Source of the DNA: Desulfarculales bacterium UBA702
GTDB lineage: Bacteria; Desulfobacterota; Syntrophobacteria; Syntrophobacterales; Syntrophobacteraceae
Assembly (NCBI GenBank): GCA_002298165.1
Contig: DBMI01000041.1
Coordinates: forward strand, 51 to 64,050
DNA length: 64,000 bases
Direction: 5' to 3'
Below, piece after piece: positions 1 to 9,606 of this stretch. Position 1 is the first letter of the stretch; each line of letters starts with the position of its first letter. Below the pieces are notes generated by a model. The model did not search any database, was not told the origin of the DNA, and saw only the letters and a list, made by a program, of their open reading frames with translations. A program made the translations under genes and the position numbers.

Positions 1-55
1 AGAATTCAGAAAAACGCAGCCTTCCCAAAGCATACTGCAAGTATTCTTATGGAAA

Positions 56-262
56 TCAGCAAGTGCAGATTTTTGCGATGGTGTGATCGGCTTTAATCGA
101 TCCGGGAATAAATCCCGAGCTACAATCAAGATGGAGCAAAGAATGCATGCGCAAAAGACCTGCACCGGAAAAGGACATTCTGCATCGTAAGCAGTAAATA
201 CTATCGCTATCCGGCGTTATGCCGCAGGAAATGGTGAGTTGTCCGCTAACCGGCGGCCTCAA
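56..262 (-). CDS. hypothetical small protein with C2H2 zinc-finger-like spacing (doubtful ORF)
   Basis: 68-codon ORF 80 nt downstream of proC on the same strand. Contains YCLRCRMSFSGAGLLRMHSLLH = C-x2-C-x3-F-x5-L-x2-H-x3-H. Only a TTG start and no clear RBS. Confidence 0.25.
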   Translation of the reverse strand: MRPPVSGQLTISCGITPDSDSIYCLRCRMSFSGAGLLRMHSLLHLDCSSGFIPGSIKADHTIAKICTC

Positions 263-343
263 TGTGAAGCGGAAATAGAAGATCGTCTCCTGGGCACACC
301 AAACCGCCGGAATCAGCTTAAGAGTGCGGGAAGTAAGGCATTC

Positions 344-1159
344 CTACCCCTTCCCCAATTCCTCCGACCTCCTCGTCGCGGCTTCAACCGCCTCGAAGAT
401 GGCTCCTCTCACACCTTTTTCCTCCAGGATTTTCAATCCCCTGATCGTCGTCCCACCAGGTGAGGTAATCATGTCTTTCATTTCTGCCGGGTGCTTTCCG
501 GACTTGTCGAGCATCGCCGATGTACCCGCGAAAGTCTGAACCGCCAATTCGCGGGAAAGATTGCGGGGTAGTCCCATGAGTACTCCAGCGTCTATCATGG
601 CTTCGATCATCAGGAGCACGTAGGCCGGACCGCTGCCGCTGAGGCCGGTAACCGTGTCCATCCATTTTTCCTCGACCTCGACCGCCTTGCCCACGGCCCT
701 GAAAATTTCGAGTGCAGTCTTCATCTGCTCATCGGTAACCGCCCCTCCTCGCGAAAGGGCCGATGCACCCATCAGGACGAGTGCGGGAGTATTTGGCATC
801 ACCCTTACCACGGGAGTTGCCTTGGGCAATTCCCTTTCGAGCATCGTAAGGGGAATACCGGCTGCAATGGAAATTACCAACTGCTTTTCGGCAATTGCCT
901 GTCGAAGCTCTCCCAATACCGGGAGTATTACCTGCGGCTTAACTGCAAGCAAAATCAGGGAGCAGTTTTCCGCAAGTTCGGAAATGCTCCGGTACGGCTT
1001 GATTTTGTATTCTCCTACAAGGTATTCCACCCTCGCGGCGCTCGGATCGTAGACGAACATTTTGTCCGGCTTGAACAGGGATGCCGATATAAGGCCGCGA
1101 ATGAGTGCCTCACCCATGTTGCCGCCGCCGATAAAGCCGATTGTCCGGTCCTTCGACAT
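344..1159 (-). CDS. proC: pyrroline-5-carboxylate reductase
   Basis: N-terminal dinucleotide fold IGFIGGGNMGEALIRG and full-length ProC-like sequence (RVMPNTPALV, SPGGTT). Start moved to the internal ATG (MSKDRTIGF). Confidence 0.9.
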   Translation of the reverse strand: MSKDRTIGFIGGGNMGEALIRGLISASLFKPDKMFVYDPSAARVEYLVGEYKIKPYRSISELAENCSLILLAVKPQVILPVLGELRQAIAEKQLVISIAAGIPLTMLERELPKATPVVRVMPNTPALVLMGASALSRGGAVTDEQMKTALEIFRAVGKAVEVEEKWMDTVTGLSGSGPAYVLLMIEAMIDAGVLMGLPRNLSRELAVQTFAGTSAMLDKSGKHPAEMKDMITSPGGTTIRGLKILEEKGVRGAIFEAVEAATRRSEELGKG

Positions 1160-1514
1160 AGATTTTCCTTCCAGGTAATTTGAAATCAAAAGATGCACAT
1201 CACCACGAAGAATTCCGTGCACGGAAAACGACATTTGCTCTGCCCGTGCAAGTTTTTACTAATCAAAGTAGATCATCTCTTCGAATATCTCTTCGTAATC
1301 TTGTTGCTCTTTATCGTTTGAAAGCAATAACAAATCAGGCAAACATCACGCAAGTGAAACTATCTCATGTTGTGCCAACCCGGCTCCGGCAAGCGATTTG
1401 CCTTACGGGTTGTTTTTCGATCGTGTATAATTACCTTTCATGCGTAATGAAATGGCTAAACAACTGAAAGAATTCGCTTTTTGCCGCTGCAAATAAAAGG
1501 AGGAAGGACCTGCC

Positions 1515-3308
1515 ATGGATGTTGCCTCAAAAGTAAGCCAGACAGCCGGAAAACATTCTCCCCTCGAGGAGGAGATTCGAAAGCTCCCCTTACCGGTCAC
1601 ATCGGTATTCCTTGGGAAAGATGGAAAGATAAGACCCGCGGCGTTCAGGGAAACGGATATGACGCTCGTGTGCAAGGGCCATGACAGAATAGCCGAAGTA
1701 TTTTCCAAGACTGTTTCAAAGAGCGGGAGCAAAATTTTAGAGGCGGTGGCAAGCGCGCAATCAAGTTCTGTTTCGGGCAAGCGAGTTGCCGTGCTTTTCT
1801 CGGGAGGTCCGGCCTCCGGCGGGCACAATGTTTTGGCTGGCCTTTCCGCGGCGTTGGGCAGGGGCAATACTCTTTTCGGGATCAAAAAAGGGCCGAAGGG
1901 CCTTCTTAACAGCGATCTTACCGAGATCACTCCACAGAATGTTCAGTCGATTCTTAACCTCGGCGGGTTCGATTTTCTCGGGACCGACCGCACCAAGATC
2001 AAAAGCCCGCAGCAATTCGAGCAGGTAAAGGAAACTATTATCAAGAACAGACTGGACGGCCTGGTGGTAGTCGGGGGCGACGACTCGAACACCAATGCCG
2101 CTTTTATAGCCGAGTACCTCGAACAGGAAGGCGTAAACTGCTCGGTTGTGGGCATTCCGAAAACCATAGATGGTGATTTGGCTGCCGGCAAAAATCTTCC
2201 CATATCGTTCGGGTTCGACACGGCCAGCAAAATCTTTTCCGAACTTGTCGGGAACCTCACCCAGGATGCGGCATCCGCGGTCAAGTACTACCATGTGGTG
2301 AAACTGATGGGCAGGACGGCAAGCAAGATCACCCTGGAGGTGGCCCTGCAGACCAAGCCGGCGATAGCACTAATTTCCGAGGAGATCGCCGAAAAGGATA
2401 TGTCGCTCGAGAGCATCGTCGATTACGTAGTGAGGGTAATCGTCGAGCGGCGCAAAAGGGGTATCAATCACGGCGTGATCCTTGTTCCGGAGGGGCTGGT
2501 CGAGTTCATACCGGAAATGAGGCGCCTGATCAGCGAGTTGAACGCGGTCCTCGGCGAGTACGAGTCGGATATTACAGACCTGCCCTCCCTGGAGCACAAG
2601 AAAGAATTCATCATTCCTCACCTCACGCCGGCTTCCGCCCAGTTGATGGCGTCGCTGCCCGACGAGATACAGGAAATGCTTATTCTCGACCGCGACGATC
2701 ACGGCAATGTAAAGGTATCGCAGATCGAGACGGAAAAGCTTCTCATCGAGAAAATCCGCTATCGCATATCCGAGATGAAACGCCACCCGGACAAGTTTTT
2801 CGGAGATGGCAAAATTCCCGCTACCCCTCAGCAGATAGAAGATTTCAAAAAGATGAGCCTCTCCACCCAGTCTCATTTTCTTGGCTATGAGGGGCGCAGC
2901 TCCAAGCCAACCAGGTTCGATGCCGCATTCACCTTCCTGCTCGGCCTTACCGCCGGGTCGCTGGTGCTTGCCGGAAAAACCGGGTACATGGCCGCAGTAA
3001 CAGATTTCGACAGGGGCGGCCGCATCCTTGCCCTGCCCCTTGCCGGGCTGATAACCGTCGAAATGCGCAAGGGAAAAGAGGAGTTCGTGATCGAAAAATC
3101 ACTCGTGGAACTGGATTCTCCCTCTTTCAAACTTTTTGCCGAAAACAGGGAACGGTGGGCAGAGGTGGACCTGTTCAGCAGCCCCGGATCGATCCAGTAC
3201 TGGGGGCCGACGAGCAGGCAAATACCCATAATTGTAGCCCTGGACCAGAATTATCCTGATTTTGGAACCTTTGAACTGGGCGAAGAAAGGGAAATCAAAA
3301 TAGATTAG
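1515..3308 (+). CDS. pfp: pyrophosphate-dependent 6-phosphofructokinase (PPi-PFK, long form)
   Basis: PFK family motifs VVVGGDDSNTNAA and GIPKTIDGDL. The GGDD and PKTIDGD variants are the PPi-type signatures rather than the ATP type. AGGAGG RBS upstream. Confidence 0.9.
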   Translation: MDVASKVSQTAGKHSPLEEEIRKLPLPVTSVFLGKDGKIRPAAFRETDMTLVCKGHDRIAEVFSKTVSKSGSKILEAVASAQSSSVSGKRVAVLFSGGPASGGHNVLAGLSAALGRGNTLFGIKKGPKGLLNSDLTEITPQNVQSILNLGGFDFLGTDRTKIKSPQQFEQVKETIIKNRLDGLVVVGGDDSNTNAAFIAEYLEQEGVNCSVVGIPKTIDGDLAAGKNLPISFGFDTASKIFSELVGNLTQDAASAVKYYHVVKLMGRTASKITLEVALQTKPAIALISEEIAEKDMSLESIVDYVVRVIVERRKRGINHGVILVPEGLVEFIPEMRRLISELNAVLGEYESDITDLPSLEHKKEFIIPHLTPASAQLMASLPDEIQEMLILDRDDHGNVKVSQIETEKLLIEKIRYRISEMKRHPDKFFGDGKIPATPQQIEDFKKMSLSTQSHFLGYEGRSSKPTRFDAAFTFLLGLTAGSLVLAGKTGYMAAVTDFDRGGRILALPLAGLITVEMRKGKEEFVIEKSLVELDSPSFKLFAENRERWAEVDLFSSPGSIQYWGPTSRQIPIIVALDQNYPDFGTFELGEEREIKID

Positions 3309-3343
3309 CTTTGCCTGGGGCACATGCCTCATTTATCGAGAAT

Positions 3344-3381
3344 ACGGGGCAGTCTTTTCCGTCTGCCCCGTATATTTTTTT
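3344..3381 (+). terminator. rho-independent terminator after pfp
   Basis: acggggcag / ctgccccgt 9-bp stem, 10-nt loop, followed by atattttttta. Confidence 0.6.
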
Positions 3382-3656
3382 ATACACCCGTCGATTTATT
3401 GCCTGCTCACACAATGTGCCACCGGCGATTCATTCAACCGTATATTTAAGTATACGTTTTGCCTCCATTTCTTCACTTCACTGACTTGCCCGCCCTTAAG
3501 CCTTAAAATTGATAACAGGCTGATATTTATATTCCTTTCAGCCATGCGCCATGCGGCGCCCTTCCCTTGCCGGCATGGCACGACCCTTGCCTGATGTAAA
3601 GTCGACTTAAGCTTTCATCCTATGTTCCCGGACTTTTCTTTGAAGGGATTACGGCA

Positions 3657-4163
3657 ATGAGTGCGAGCAAAAGCGATATCGGGGCGACAAGTGCGCGTAA
3701 GCTTAGAATCCTGGTGATCGAAGACGAATTATACGTGGCCAGGGCCTTAAAGATGATTTTAGACGAGGACGGATACGAAGTAGACGTGTCCATGACCGGA
3801 CAGGACGCACTGAGTCATTGCGCTGTACTGGAGTACGACCTCCTGATAGCCGACCTGCGGTTGCCTGACATCAACGGCATGGACGTCATTCGAAAAATAA
3901 AGGGCGATCATCCGGAAACCCAGGTGCTTGTGGTCACTGGGCATGCGACGGTGCAATCGGCAGTGGAGGCCATGAAGCTGGGTGCTTTCGATTACCTGCC
4001 CAAGCCCTTCACCGAAGAGCAACTCAAAACAGCCGTCTCTTCCGCTCTGCGGGAAAAGCCACACTTCCTCGACCGAGCAGCCGGAACTACCGGCATCAAG
4101 ACGGCAGCCTTAATACAGAAGAGCGAGGTAGTCAGTGTACTGAACAGGACCTCGCGTACTTAA
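3657..4163 (+). CDS. response regulator, receiver domain with short C-terminal tail
   Basis: CheY-like receiver: LRILVIEDE, DLLIADLRLPDINGMDV, VLVVTGHA, AFDYLPKPF. Confidence 0.85.
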   Translation: MSASKSDIGATSARKLRILVIEDELYVARALKMILDEDGYEVDVSMTGQDALSHCAVLEYDLLIADLRLPDINGMDVIRKIKGDHPETQVLVVTGHATVQSAVEAMKLGAFDYLPKPFTEEQLKTAVSSALREKPHFLDRAAGTTGIKTAALIQKSEVVSVLNRTSRT

Positions 4164-4706
4164 ACAGGCAACTATCCCATTTTTGTGGATGAAGAGACTG
4201 GTGAGGAAAAGAGATGAGAGTAATGTATTGCGAGCGCTACGGTAAATATGTGAGCCAGAAGCACTGTGAGTTTTTCAACAATGCGCAGGACCAGTGCAGC
4301 TATTATCGGCTGAGATGCTGGGAAAGTATAAGTAACCTGTTGCGCGACCATCAGAGGCCCAAAAAGGAAATCGGAGCAATAAGCAAGCCCTTTAAATGCG
4401 ATTTTTTCGGCGGAGGCCAAGGTTAATTCCGACTTGCCATTCCTGTATTCCAAATTCGGCAACGAAACGAGGTCCCGTTTTGTGCCGGTACGATGGCTGA
4501 ACCCGTCCGAATGGGCCAGGAGGTAGCGAAAACCAAAATTCATGAACGAGTCATTCATCCCCGGAACTAGCTGTGGAGCCCGGATCCGTACCCTACCCCG
4601 CTTCTTTGTGGTGGAGGTTAAACTTAGAAAGCACATGTCCTGGCGGCGAGTCCGAGGCAGACTGACGAAACCGCCACCTTTGCCTCATTTCAAGACTTGA
4701 ACTTTT

Positions 4707-5408
4707 CTACACCCTGAACTTTTTGCAGAAATCGCAGAACGCCCGCACTTTTTCAAGCTCTTCTCCGGGACCGTTGAAACTCATCCCGATAGCCGTGTAC
4801 TGCCGCATGTAAACCTGCTGGATATTGCGCACGGTGCATTGAACCTTCTCCACAAGCTGGTCGTCGGGGAGCTTGAAAGTTATCGCGGCAAGGGCACCTT
4901 TGGGAATATGCACTATGGCCGGCAATACCAGCATACAGCCGCCTTCGCTGATGTCCTTAACCGACCCGCGAACCGGCTGGTCCATACTCGCAATCTCGAA
5001 CTTGGCCTCGACACTCACTTTGATGCGGCGATGCTTTCTGAGCTGAATCGTTTCGAACTTGTCGGGGTATTCTATGCAGACGATTTTTTTGGACAGCTCC
5101 TTCTTCTGCTTGGTCCTGAACCTGTAGAGGTATCCCTCGTGAAGGTAGCTGCATGTATAATCGCTGTCGACAACGGCTGAGAGCCGGTCACTGATGCTGA
5201 ACTCCGGGCGCTCGATCATTATGCAATCGTGCTCCACCGCTCCGATGATCCTGGTTCTCGCCCTGTGCGCGGTATTGGAGACGTCATAGAGCATGATCTG
5301 CGAATTTATCTGGAGGGGAAGCTTTTTCGATGAGGTCGCATCGGGGGCCTTGTCCTCCAATTCCTCTTTGCTCAGTACGTCAAAAGCTGATGCCGAAGGT
5401 ACTTTCAT
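4707..5408 (-). CDS. PilZ-domain (c-di-GMP binding) protein, YcgR-like architecture
   Basis: RxxxR (LRKHRRIKV) and D-x-S-x-x-G (DISEGGC) PilZ motifs in the C-terminal half. GAGGAG RBS. Confidence 0.75.
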   Translation of the reverse strand: MKVPSASAFDVLSKEELEDKAPDATSSKKLPLQINSQIMLYDVSNTAHRARTRIIGAVEHDCIMIERPEFSISDRLSAVVDSDYTCSYLHEGYLYRFRTKQKKELSKKIVCIEYPDKFETIQLRKHRRIKVSVEAKFEIASMDQPVRGSVKDISEGGCMLVLPAIVHIPKGALAAITFKLPDDQLVEKVQCTVRNIQQVYMRQYTAIGMSFNGPGEELEKVRAFCDFCKKFRV

Positions 5409-5769
5409 ATTCTCCTCTAAAAACTTTAGTCCGTTACCTCTCTAATCGGTTTTTTCCGGAAATGAGTTAATCAAAACAACAGGAGCCTTTTTCGAAATAT
5501 ATCGGTAATGTCCCACCCAGCCAACTGCTTTGCCTGGGATTTTCCCAAGGAAGCCATCCATGGTGGAAATTATTTGGGAAAGCCCGCACCAGCCTATGGA
5601 TCTTCTATTAATTTGGCCGTATAAAATTTAAAATCGTCTCTACGGTCTTCGCGCCGGACCCATTGGCCACGGTTAAGCCAGGACATGCTGATTTTTCCAG
5701 CGGGCACCGTCACGATAAGGTCACCCGGAATATTTGGACAGGGCAGTGCCCGCGCAAAGGTGAAATAGA

Positions 5770-6510
5770 ATGTTTTATCTCAAAAAGATACTCTCACCCT
5801 TCCTTCTTCCCGTTCCGGTTTGCCTGGAAATTCTACTGCTTGGGTTATGGCTGCTCTGGTTTACCAGGAGAGAGCGAGCCGCCAGGATTATCATCTCCGC
5901 CGGAGTTCTCCTACTGTGCCTTTTCAGCTTCGGCCCCCTCCCCGATTACCTCCTGGGCAATCTGGAGTACAGGTACAATCCCCTCCCAGGTCCTGTGGAG
6001 GATGTGCGCTGGATCGTCGTGCTCGGGGACGGATTTTATTGTGATATGGGTTTGCCGCCCGGAAACCAGGTCGCTCCAAGCGGGATTTTCCGCCTGGTCG
6101 AGGGAGTGCGTCTCTTGAAGGAGAATCCCCGCGCCAGAATCATCTTCACCGGATATCAGGTTGCCCACGTAATGTCCGGAGTGGCCGGAATGCTGGGGGT
6201 TACAGACGCACAGATGGTTATTGAACCGGATCCACGAGACACTGAGGAAGAAGCAAAAGCTGTTTCCCTCCTGGTCGGCGGTGAACGGTTCATTCTGGTA
6301 ACGAGTGCATCTCACATACCTCGTGCAATGGCCCTTTTCGAAAAGGAGGGAATGCGCCCGATACCGGCGCCGGCGGAATACCTGGTGCGGAAATCGCAAT
6401 GCCTGATGCCCCACTCGGCTATACCGAGCCCCGAAGGCCTTAGAGCCTCCACGACAGCAGTCTACGAATATCTCGGCCTTGCATGGCTGAAGCTGAGGGG
6501 CAGGATTTAA
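5770..6510 (+). CDS. DUF218 / ElyC-YdcF family membrane-anchored protein
   Basis: N-terminal TM helices followed by a DUF218-like core (WIVVLGDG ... LVTSASHIPRAM). Confidence 0.75.
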   Translation: MFYLKKILSPFLLPVPVCLEILLLGLWLLWFTRRERAARIIISAGVLLLCLFSFGPLPDYLLGNLEYRYNPLPGPVEDVRWIVVLGDGFYCDMGLPPGNQVAPSGIFRLVEGVRLLKENPRARIIFTGYQVAHVMSGVAGMLGVTDAQMVIEPDPRDTEEEAKAVSLLVGGERFILVTSASHIPRAMALFEKEGMRPIPAPAEYLVRKSQCLMPHSAIPSPEGLRASTTAVYEYLGLAWLKLRGRI

Positions 6511-6760
6511 GGGGCTGATTCCTAAATAGTTTCCGGAAAATGCTAAGAAAAGTTGGATGGCACAAGCCAGATGACGATGTTCAACTCAAAGCTGAGATCC
6601 CGATAGATCATGCAGCGGATTTCGGCAACAGCCTGTAAATACCTGTCGGCTGATAATGGAGACTCGGCAGGCCGGATGGTTCAGACCAGGAGCACTTGAT
6701 GGCTTAAATTGTCCGCGCGGGCGCTGCATTTTGGAAGTGATCTGTTTTGAAAACCACTTG

Positions 6761-6910
6761 TCAGCTTGCTGCTTTTTCCAGAATTTCTCCAGGAAGGTGC
6801 ACAATCTTTGGATATGAAATCCCGCCTTTTTCTCTTGCGGCAACGCAAAGGCTTACAATGACTAAACCGGCCAGACATCCCGCCATGAAACCAATCAGAA
6901 ACAGCATCAT
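6761..6910 (-). CDS. possible 49-aa single-pass membrane peptide
   Basis: My own translation: MMLFLIGFMAGCLAGLVIVSLCVAAREKGG... preceded by AAGGAA. Below the ORF-track size cutoff; no homology recognised. Confidence 0.3.
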   Translation of the reverse strand: MMLFLIGFMAGCLAGLVIVSLCVAAREKGGISYPKIVHLPGEILEKAAS

Positions 6911-7237
6911 ATATTTCCTTTCTCCAGCAGGGGGAATCATCCAGTTTAGAAGAGCATGTTCCGTGCCAAAGAATGATTATCGATGCTGCCGCAACCTGGG
7001 TTGCTGGCTGCAAATCCTTATGGTACGCATTTCCTGCGTTTATTATTTTTGGACCTGTTGCCTCGATCTGGAGCGCGGGTCCTGGATTTTTGTTGGCGGT
7101 TGAGTACAAAAATCAGACTGAAATGTATGCATATCCCTACAGTGCAAAGGATTGATTCCATTTCCAACCTGATAAGAATTATTAACTTGTGGTAAGGAGT
7201 ATTATTTTCCACATTTCACAGGTGAAATTGAGAAAGG

Positions 7238-7549
7238 ATGAAAATGAAGAAGCTAGGTGTTCTTCTACTTGCAATGACACTCGTTTTTGGACCGGCCATG
7301 ATCTCCATGGCTGCCCAGTCCACTGGCGGGATAATGGATGACAGCGCCATCACTGCTCATATAAAGGCCAAGCTCGCGAAGGACGTTCGCCTCGGAACAT
7401 TGACCGGAATAGAAGTAAATACAACCGACGGCGTAGTGACTCTGGCCGGTAAGGTGAAAAGCAATGATGAAAAGCAGGCCATTGAGGAAATCGCCCGCAG
7501 TGTGGACGGTGTAAAAGACGTGAAGGATGCTCTGCAGGTCGTATCCTGA
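7238..7549 (+). CDS. BON-domain periplasmic protein (OsmY-like)
   Basis: Signal peptide followed by a BON pattern: DSAITAHIKAKL..., VNTTDGVVTLAGKV, DGVKDVKDALQV. Confidence 0.8.
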   Translation: MKMKKLGVLLLAMTLVFGPAMISMAAQSTGGIMDDSAITAHIKAKLAKDVRLGTLTGIEVNTTDGVVTLAGKVKSNDEKQAIEEIARSVDGVKDVKDALQVVS

Positions 7550-7580
7550 AGGAGACAATAACTCGGTTTTAAGATAGGAA

Positions 7581-7610
7581 AAGGCAGAGCAATATTGGCT
7601 CTGCCTTTTC
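7581..7610. terminator. hairpin terminator between the convergent BON and cysA genes
   Basis: aaggcagagc / gctctgcctt 10-bp stem with T-run on the plus side (ttttctcg) and A-run on the other side. Confidence 0.5.
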
Positions 7611-7746
7611 TCGTCAGAGATTGGCGGGAAGAATTTCGGCAGGCCGGTAAGCCTGCCCCCGCATGTTTCCTGCCTTTGTCCAACCTCCCTTTAATCCGTC
7701 GCACCTTACGATTAAGCTGACGTTGAGATTGGACCGGCCTCTCCCA

Positions 7747-9606
7747 TCAAACTTCCTCGGCAGGGATGACCAGCACGGGCTGTTGGGCTTCGGCGAGGAC
7801 CTGCAGGGTTATATCTTCGAGGGCGAACGGCGGACGTGAACCTGGGCCGTGGCTCCCAACCACAATCAGATCGTATTCTCCCTCTCGAGCTTCCGCCAGG
7901 ATGCCTTCCACGGGGTTCATCGCGGGGCGGATATGTATATTATTTGAAACGTCCATGGCTCGCAGGGTGGCCGCGGCAAGATGGAGATGATTACGGGCGA
8001 AACGCATTGCGCTATCCGACCCGGAGGCAACGTGCAACAATGTCGCCGGAATTCCCAAACGGCGCGCCAGCCGCCCCCCGACACGCACATTGTTCTTGCC
8101 TGCCTCGTGTGTCGCCGTACAAATCAGCATCCGCCTGTACTTCTCAGGCTCCTTTTTAACAACAAGCACCGCGGCATTGGTCATCGCCAGCACGCCTTGG
8201 ACTGTTTCTCGCAGCCGTTCTGGCTGAGTCTTATGCTCGTAGTCCACCGCGACCACAACCATTTCATAGAGCGCCTCGGCATACTCACATGCTATCTGCT
8301 CGGCCGGCAAGCCATATCTAAGACACTTTACCGCCAGGGAGAGATCGACTTCTTTCTGGGTCCTCAGCGCTGCAACCAGATCGAGACCGGCTTCCGACTC
8401 GTCGGTCACACCCAGGACGGTGGCCGAAGCATTGAGACGGTCCATCAGGTGTTTTCCGATATTCAATGTAGTCGCTGGGCCTGCCCCTGCATCATAAAGC
8501 AGAAGCCGCGGTTTTGGGTGGTTCAGTATATGCCATCCGCGAAGGCACACCCATACTTCCTGGCCATCCATGCCGACCTCCGCGGGCAAAACCGCCTCCA
8601 CCAGCAGGCCCTCTTCCCCGAAGGGCAATGGGGGTGCGATCTGCCGTGTGGACTTGAGGAGCGGCAACCGCAGTTGCAAGCGTCTCGCCGCACCTGCAAA
8701 GTTTTGACCGATGATGGTGCCGCGGCCAATGAGCGGAAGGTCCGATTGGGGTTTTTCACTGCTCAGGACAACGTGTTCGGGCCGAAAGAGAACCAGGGCG
8801 CGGCTTCCCTCGGTTAGGAGCATGTCATCCGGAACAGGCAGCGAAAAATCGCCGAAATGAGCGCGTCCGCCATGTGCCCGTCCCACAAGCACCGTGCCGG
8901 CGCCAAGGAAGGTAGCGGCAAAGAGCGATCTGGGGCGGGCGTAAAGCGCCTCGGGCCTATCGACCTCCAGCAGGTGCCCATGCTCTACGATGCCTATGCG
9001 GTCGGCTACATTCAGCGCCTCCTCCTGGTCATGGGTGACCAGGATGGTCGTTACTCCGAGGCGCCCCTGAATGTCTTTGAGGGTACGCCGCAGCCGCTCG
9101 CGAATCTTCACATCAAGAGCGCCGAAAGGCTCGTCGAGCAGCAGCACGTTGGGTTCGTAAGCAAGAGCCCTCGCGAGCGCAACCCGTTGCTGCTGACCTC
9201 CCGAGAGCTGGTGGGCATAGCGGTCGCCAAGACCTGTCAGGCCAACAAGGTCGAGCAGTTCATCGCGCTTCGCTTCGCGCCCGGGTTTTGGCACCTTCTG
9301 AACCATCATCCCGAACTCGATGTTGTCGGAAACACTCATGTGCCTGAAAATCGAGTAATTCTGAAAAACGAAGCCGGTTCCACGCTGTTGAGGCGGCAGG
9401 TCGGTCACGTCGCGTCCGTTTAGCAGTATTCGGCCGCTGGTGGGTTGGGTCAAACCGGCAATCAGCCGCAGGATGGTACTCTTGCCGCTTCCGCTGGCGC
9501 CGAGAAGAACAAAAAGTTCGCCGCGCTCTATTTCGAGCGAAACCTGATCAACTATATTCTGTGCGCCAAAACTTTTGCTGAGCCGGTCCAGAACGATTGC
9601 CATCAC
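7747..9606 (-). CDS. cysA: sulfate/thiosulfate ABC transporter ATPase fused to tandem universal-stress-protein domains
   Basis: Walker A GASGSGKST, signature LSGGQQQRVALARAL, Walker B LLLDEPF, and a CysA-type C-terminal regulatory region. The last ~250 aa are two USP-like halves (...DLIVVGSHGPGS...PVLVIP). Confidence 0.85.
   Translation of the reverse strand: MMAIVLDRLSKSFGAQNIVDQVSLEIERGELFVLLGASGSGKSTILRLIAGLTQPTSGRILLNGRDVTDLPPQQRGTGFVFQNYSIFRHMSVSDNIEFGMMVQKVPKPGREAKRDELLDLVGLTGLGDRYAHQLSGGQQQRVALARALAYEPNVLLLDEPFGALDVKIRERLRRTLKDIQGRLGVTTILVTHDQEEALNVADRIGIVEHGHLLEVDRPEALYARPRSLFAATFLGAGTVLVGRAHGGRAHFGDFSLPVPDDMLLTEGSRALVLFRPEHVVLSSEKPQSDLPLIGRGTIIGQNFAGAARRLQLRLPLLKSTRQIAPPLPFGEEGLLVEAVLPAEVGMDGQEVWVCLRGWHILNHPKPRLLLYDAGAGPATTLNIGKHLMDRLNASATVLGVTDESEAGLDLVAALRTQKEVDLSLAVKCLRYGLPAEQIACEYAEALYEMVVVAVDYEHKTQPERLRETVQGVLAMTNAAVLVVKKEPEKYRRMLICTATHEAGKNNVRVGGRLARRLGIPATLLHVASGSDSAMRFARNHLHLAAATLRAMDVSNNIHIRPAMNPVEGILAEAREGEYDLIVVGSHGPGSRPPFALEDITLQVLAEAQQPVLVIPAEEV

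Noticed and set aside
4172-4636. Overlapping ORFs on both strands (154 aa minus strand; 70 aa Cys-containing plus strand with a GAGGA RBS) after the receiver gene
   Set aside because: Neither has a recognisable family and they exclude each other. I cannot decide which, if either, is coding, so neither is listed as a feature.
5663-6118. 151-aa ORF overlapping the start of the DUF218 gene
   Set aside because: It is out of frame with a well-supported membrane protein gene and has a Pro/Ser/Cys-rich shadow translation.
6586-7109. Several 85-142-aa ORFs on both strands in the 6511..7237 gap
   Set aside because: They overlap each other and have no motifs or RBS. Only the 49-aa TM peptide ORF (6761..6910) has a plausible start context, and it is reported with low confidence.
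7981-8817. 278-aa ORF antisense to cysA. Similar antisense ORFs lie at 18062..18907, 24524..25153, 33800..34666, 40823..41578, 56392..57042 and 57650..58405.
   Set aside because: All lie opposite genes with clear family motifs, lack RBS or recognisable domains, and have shadow-frame composition.
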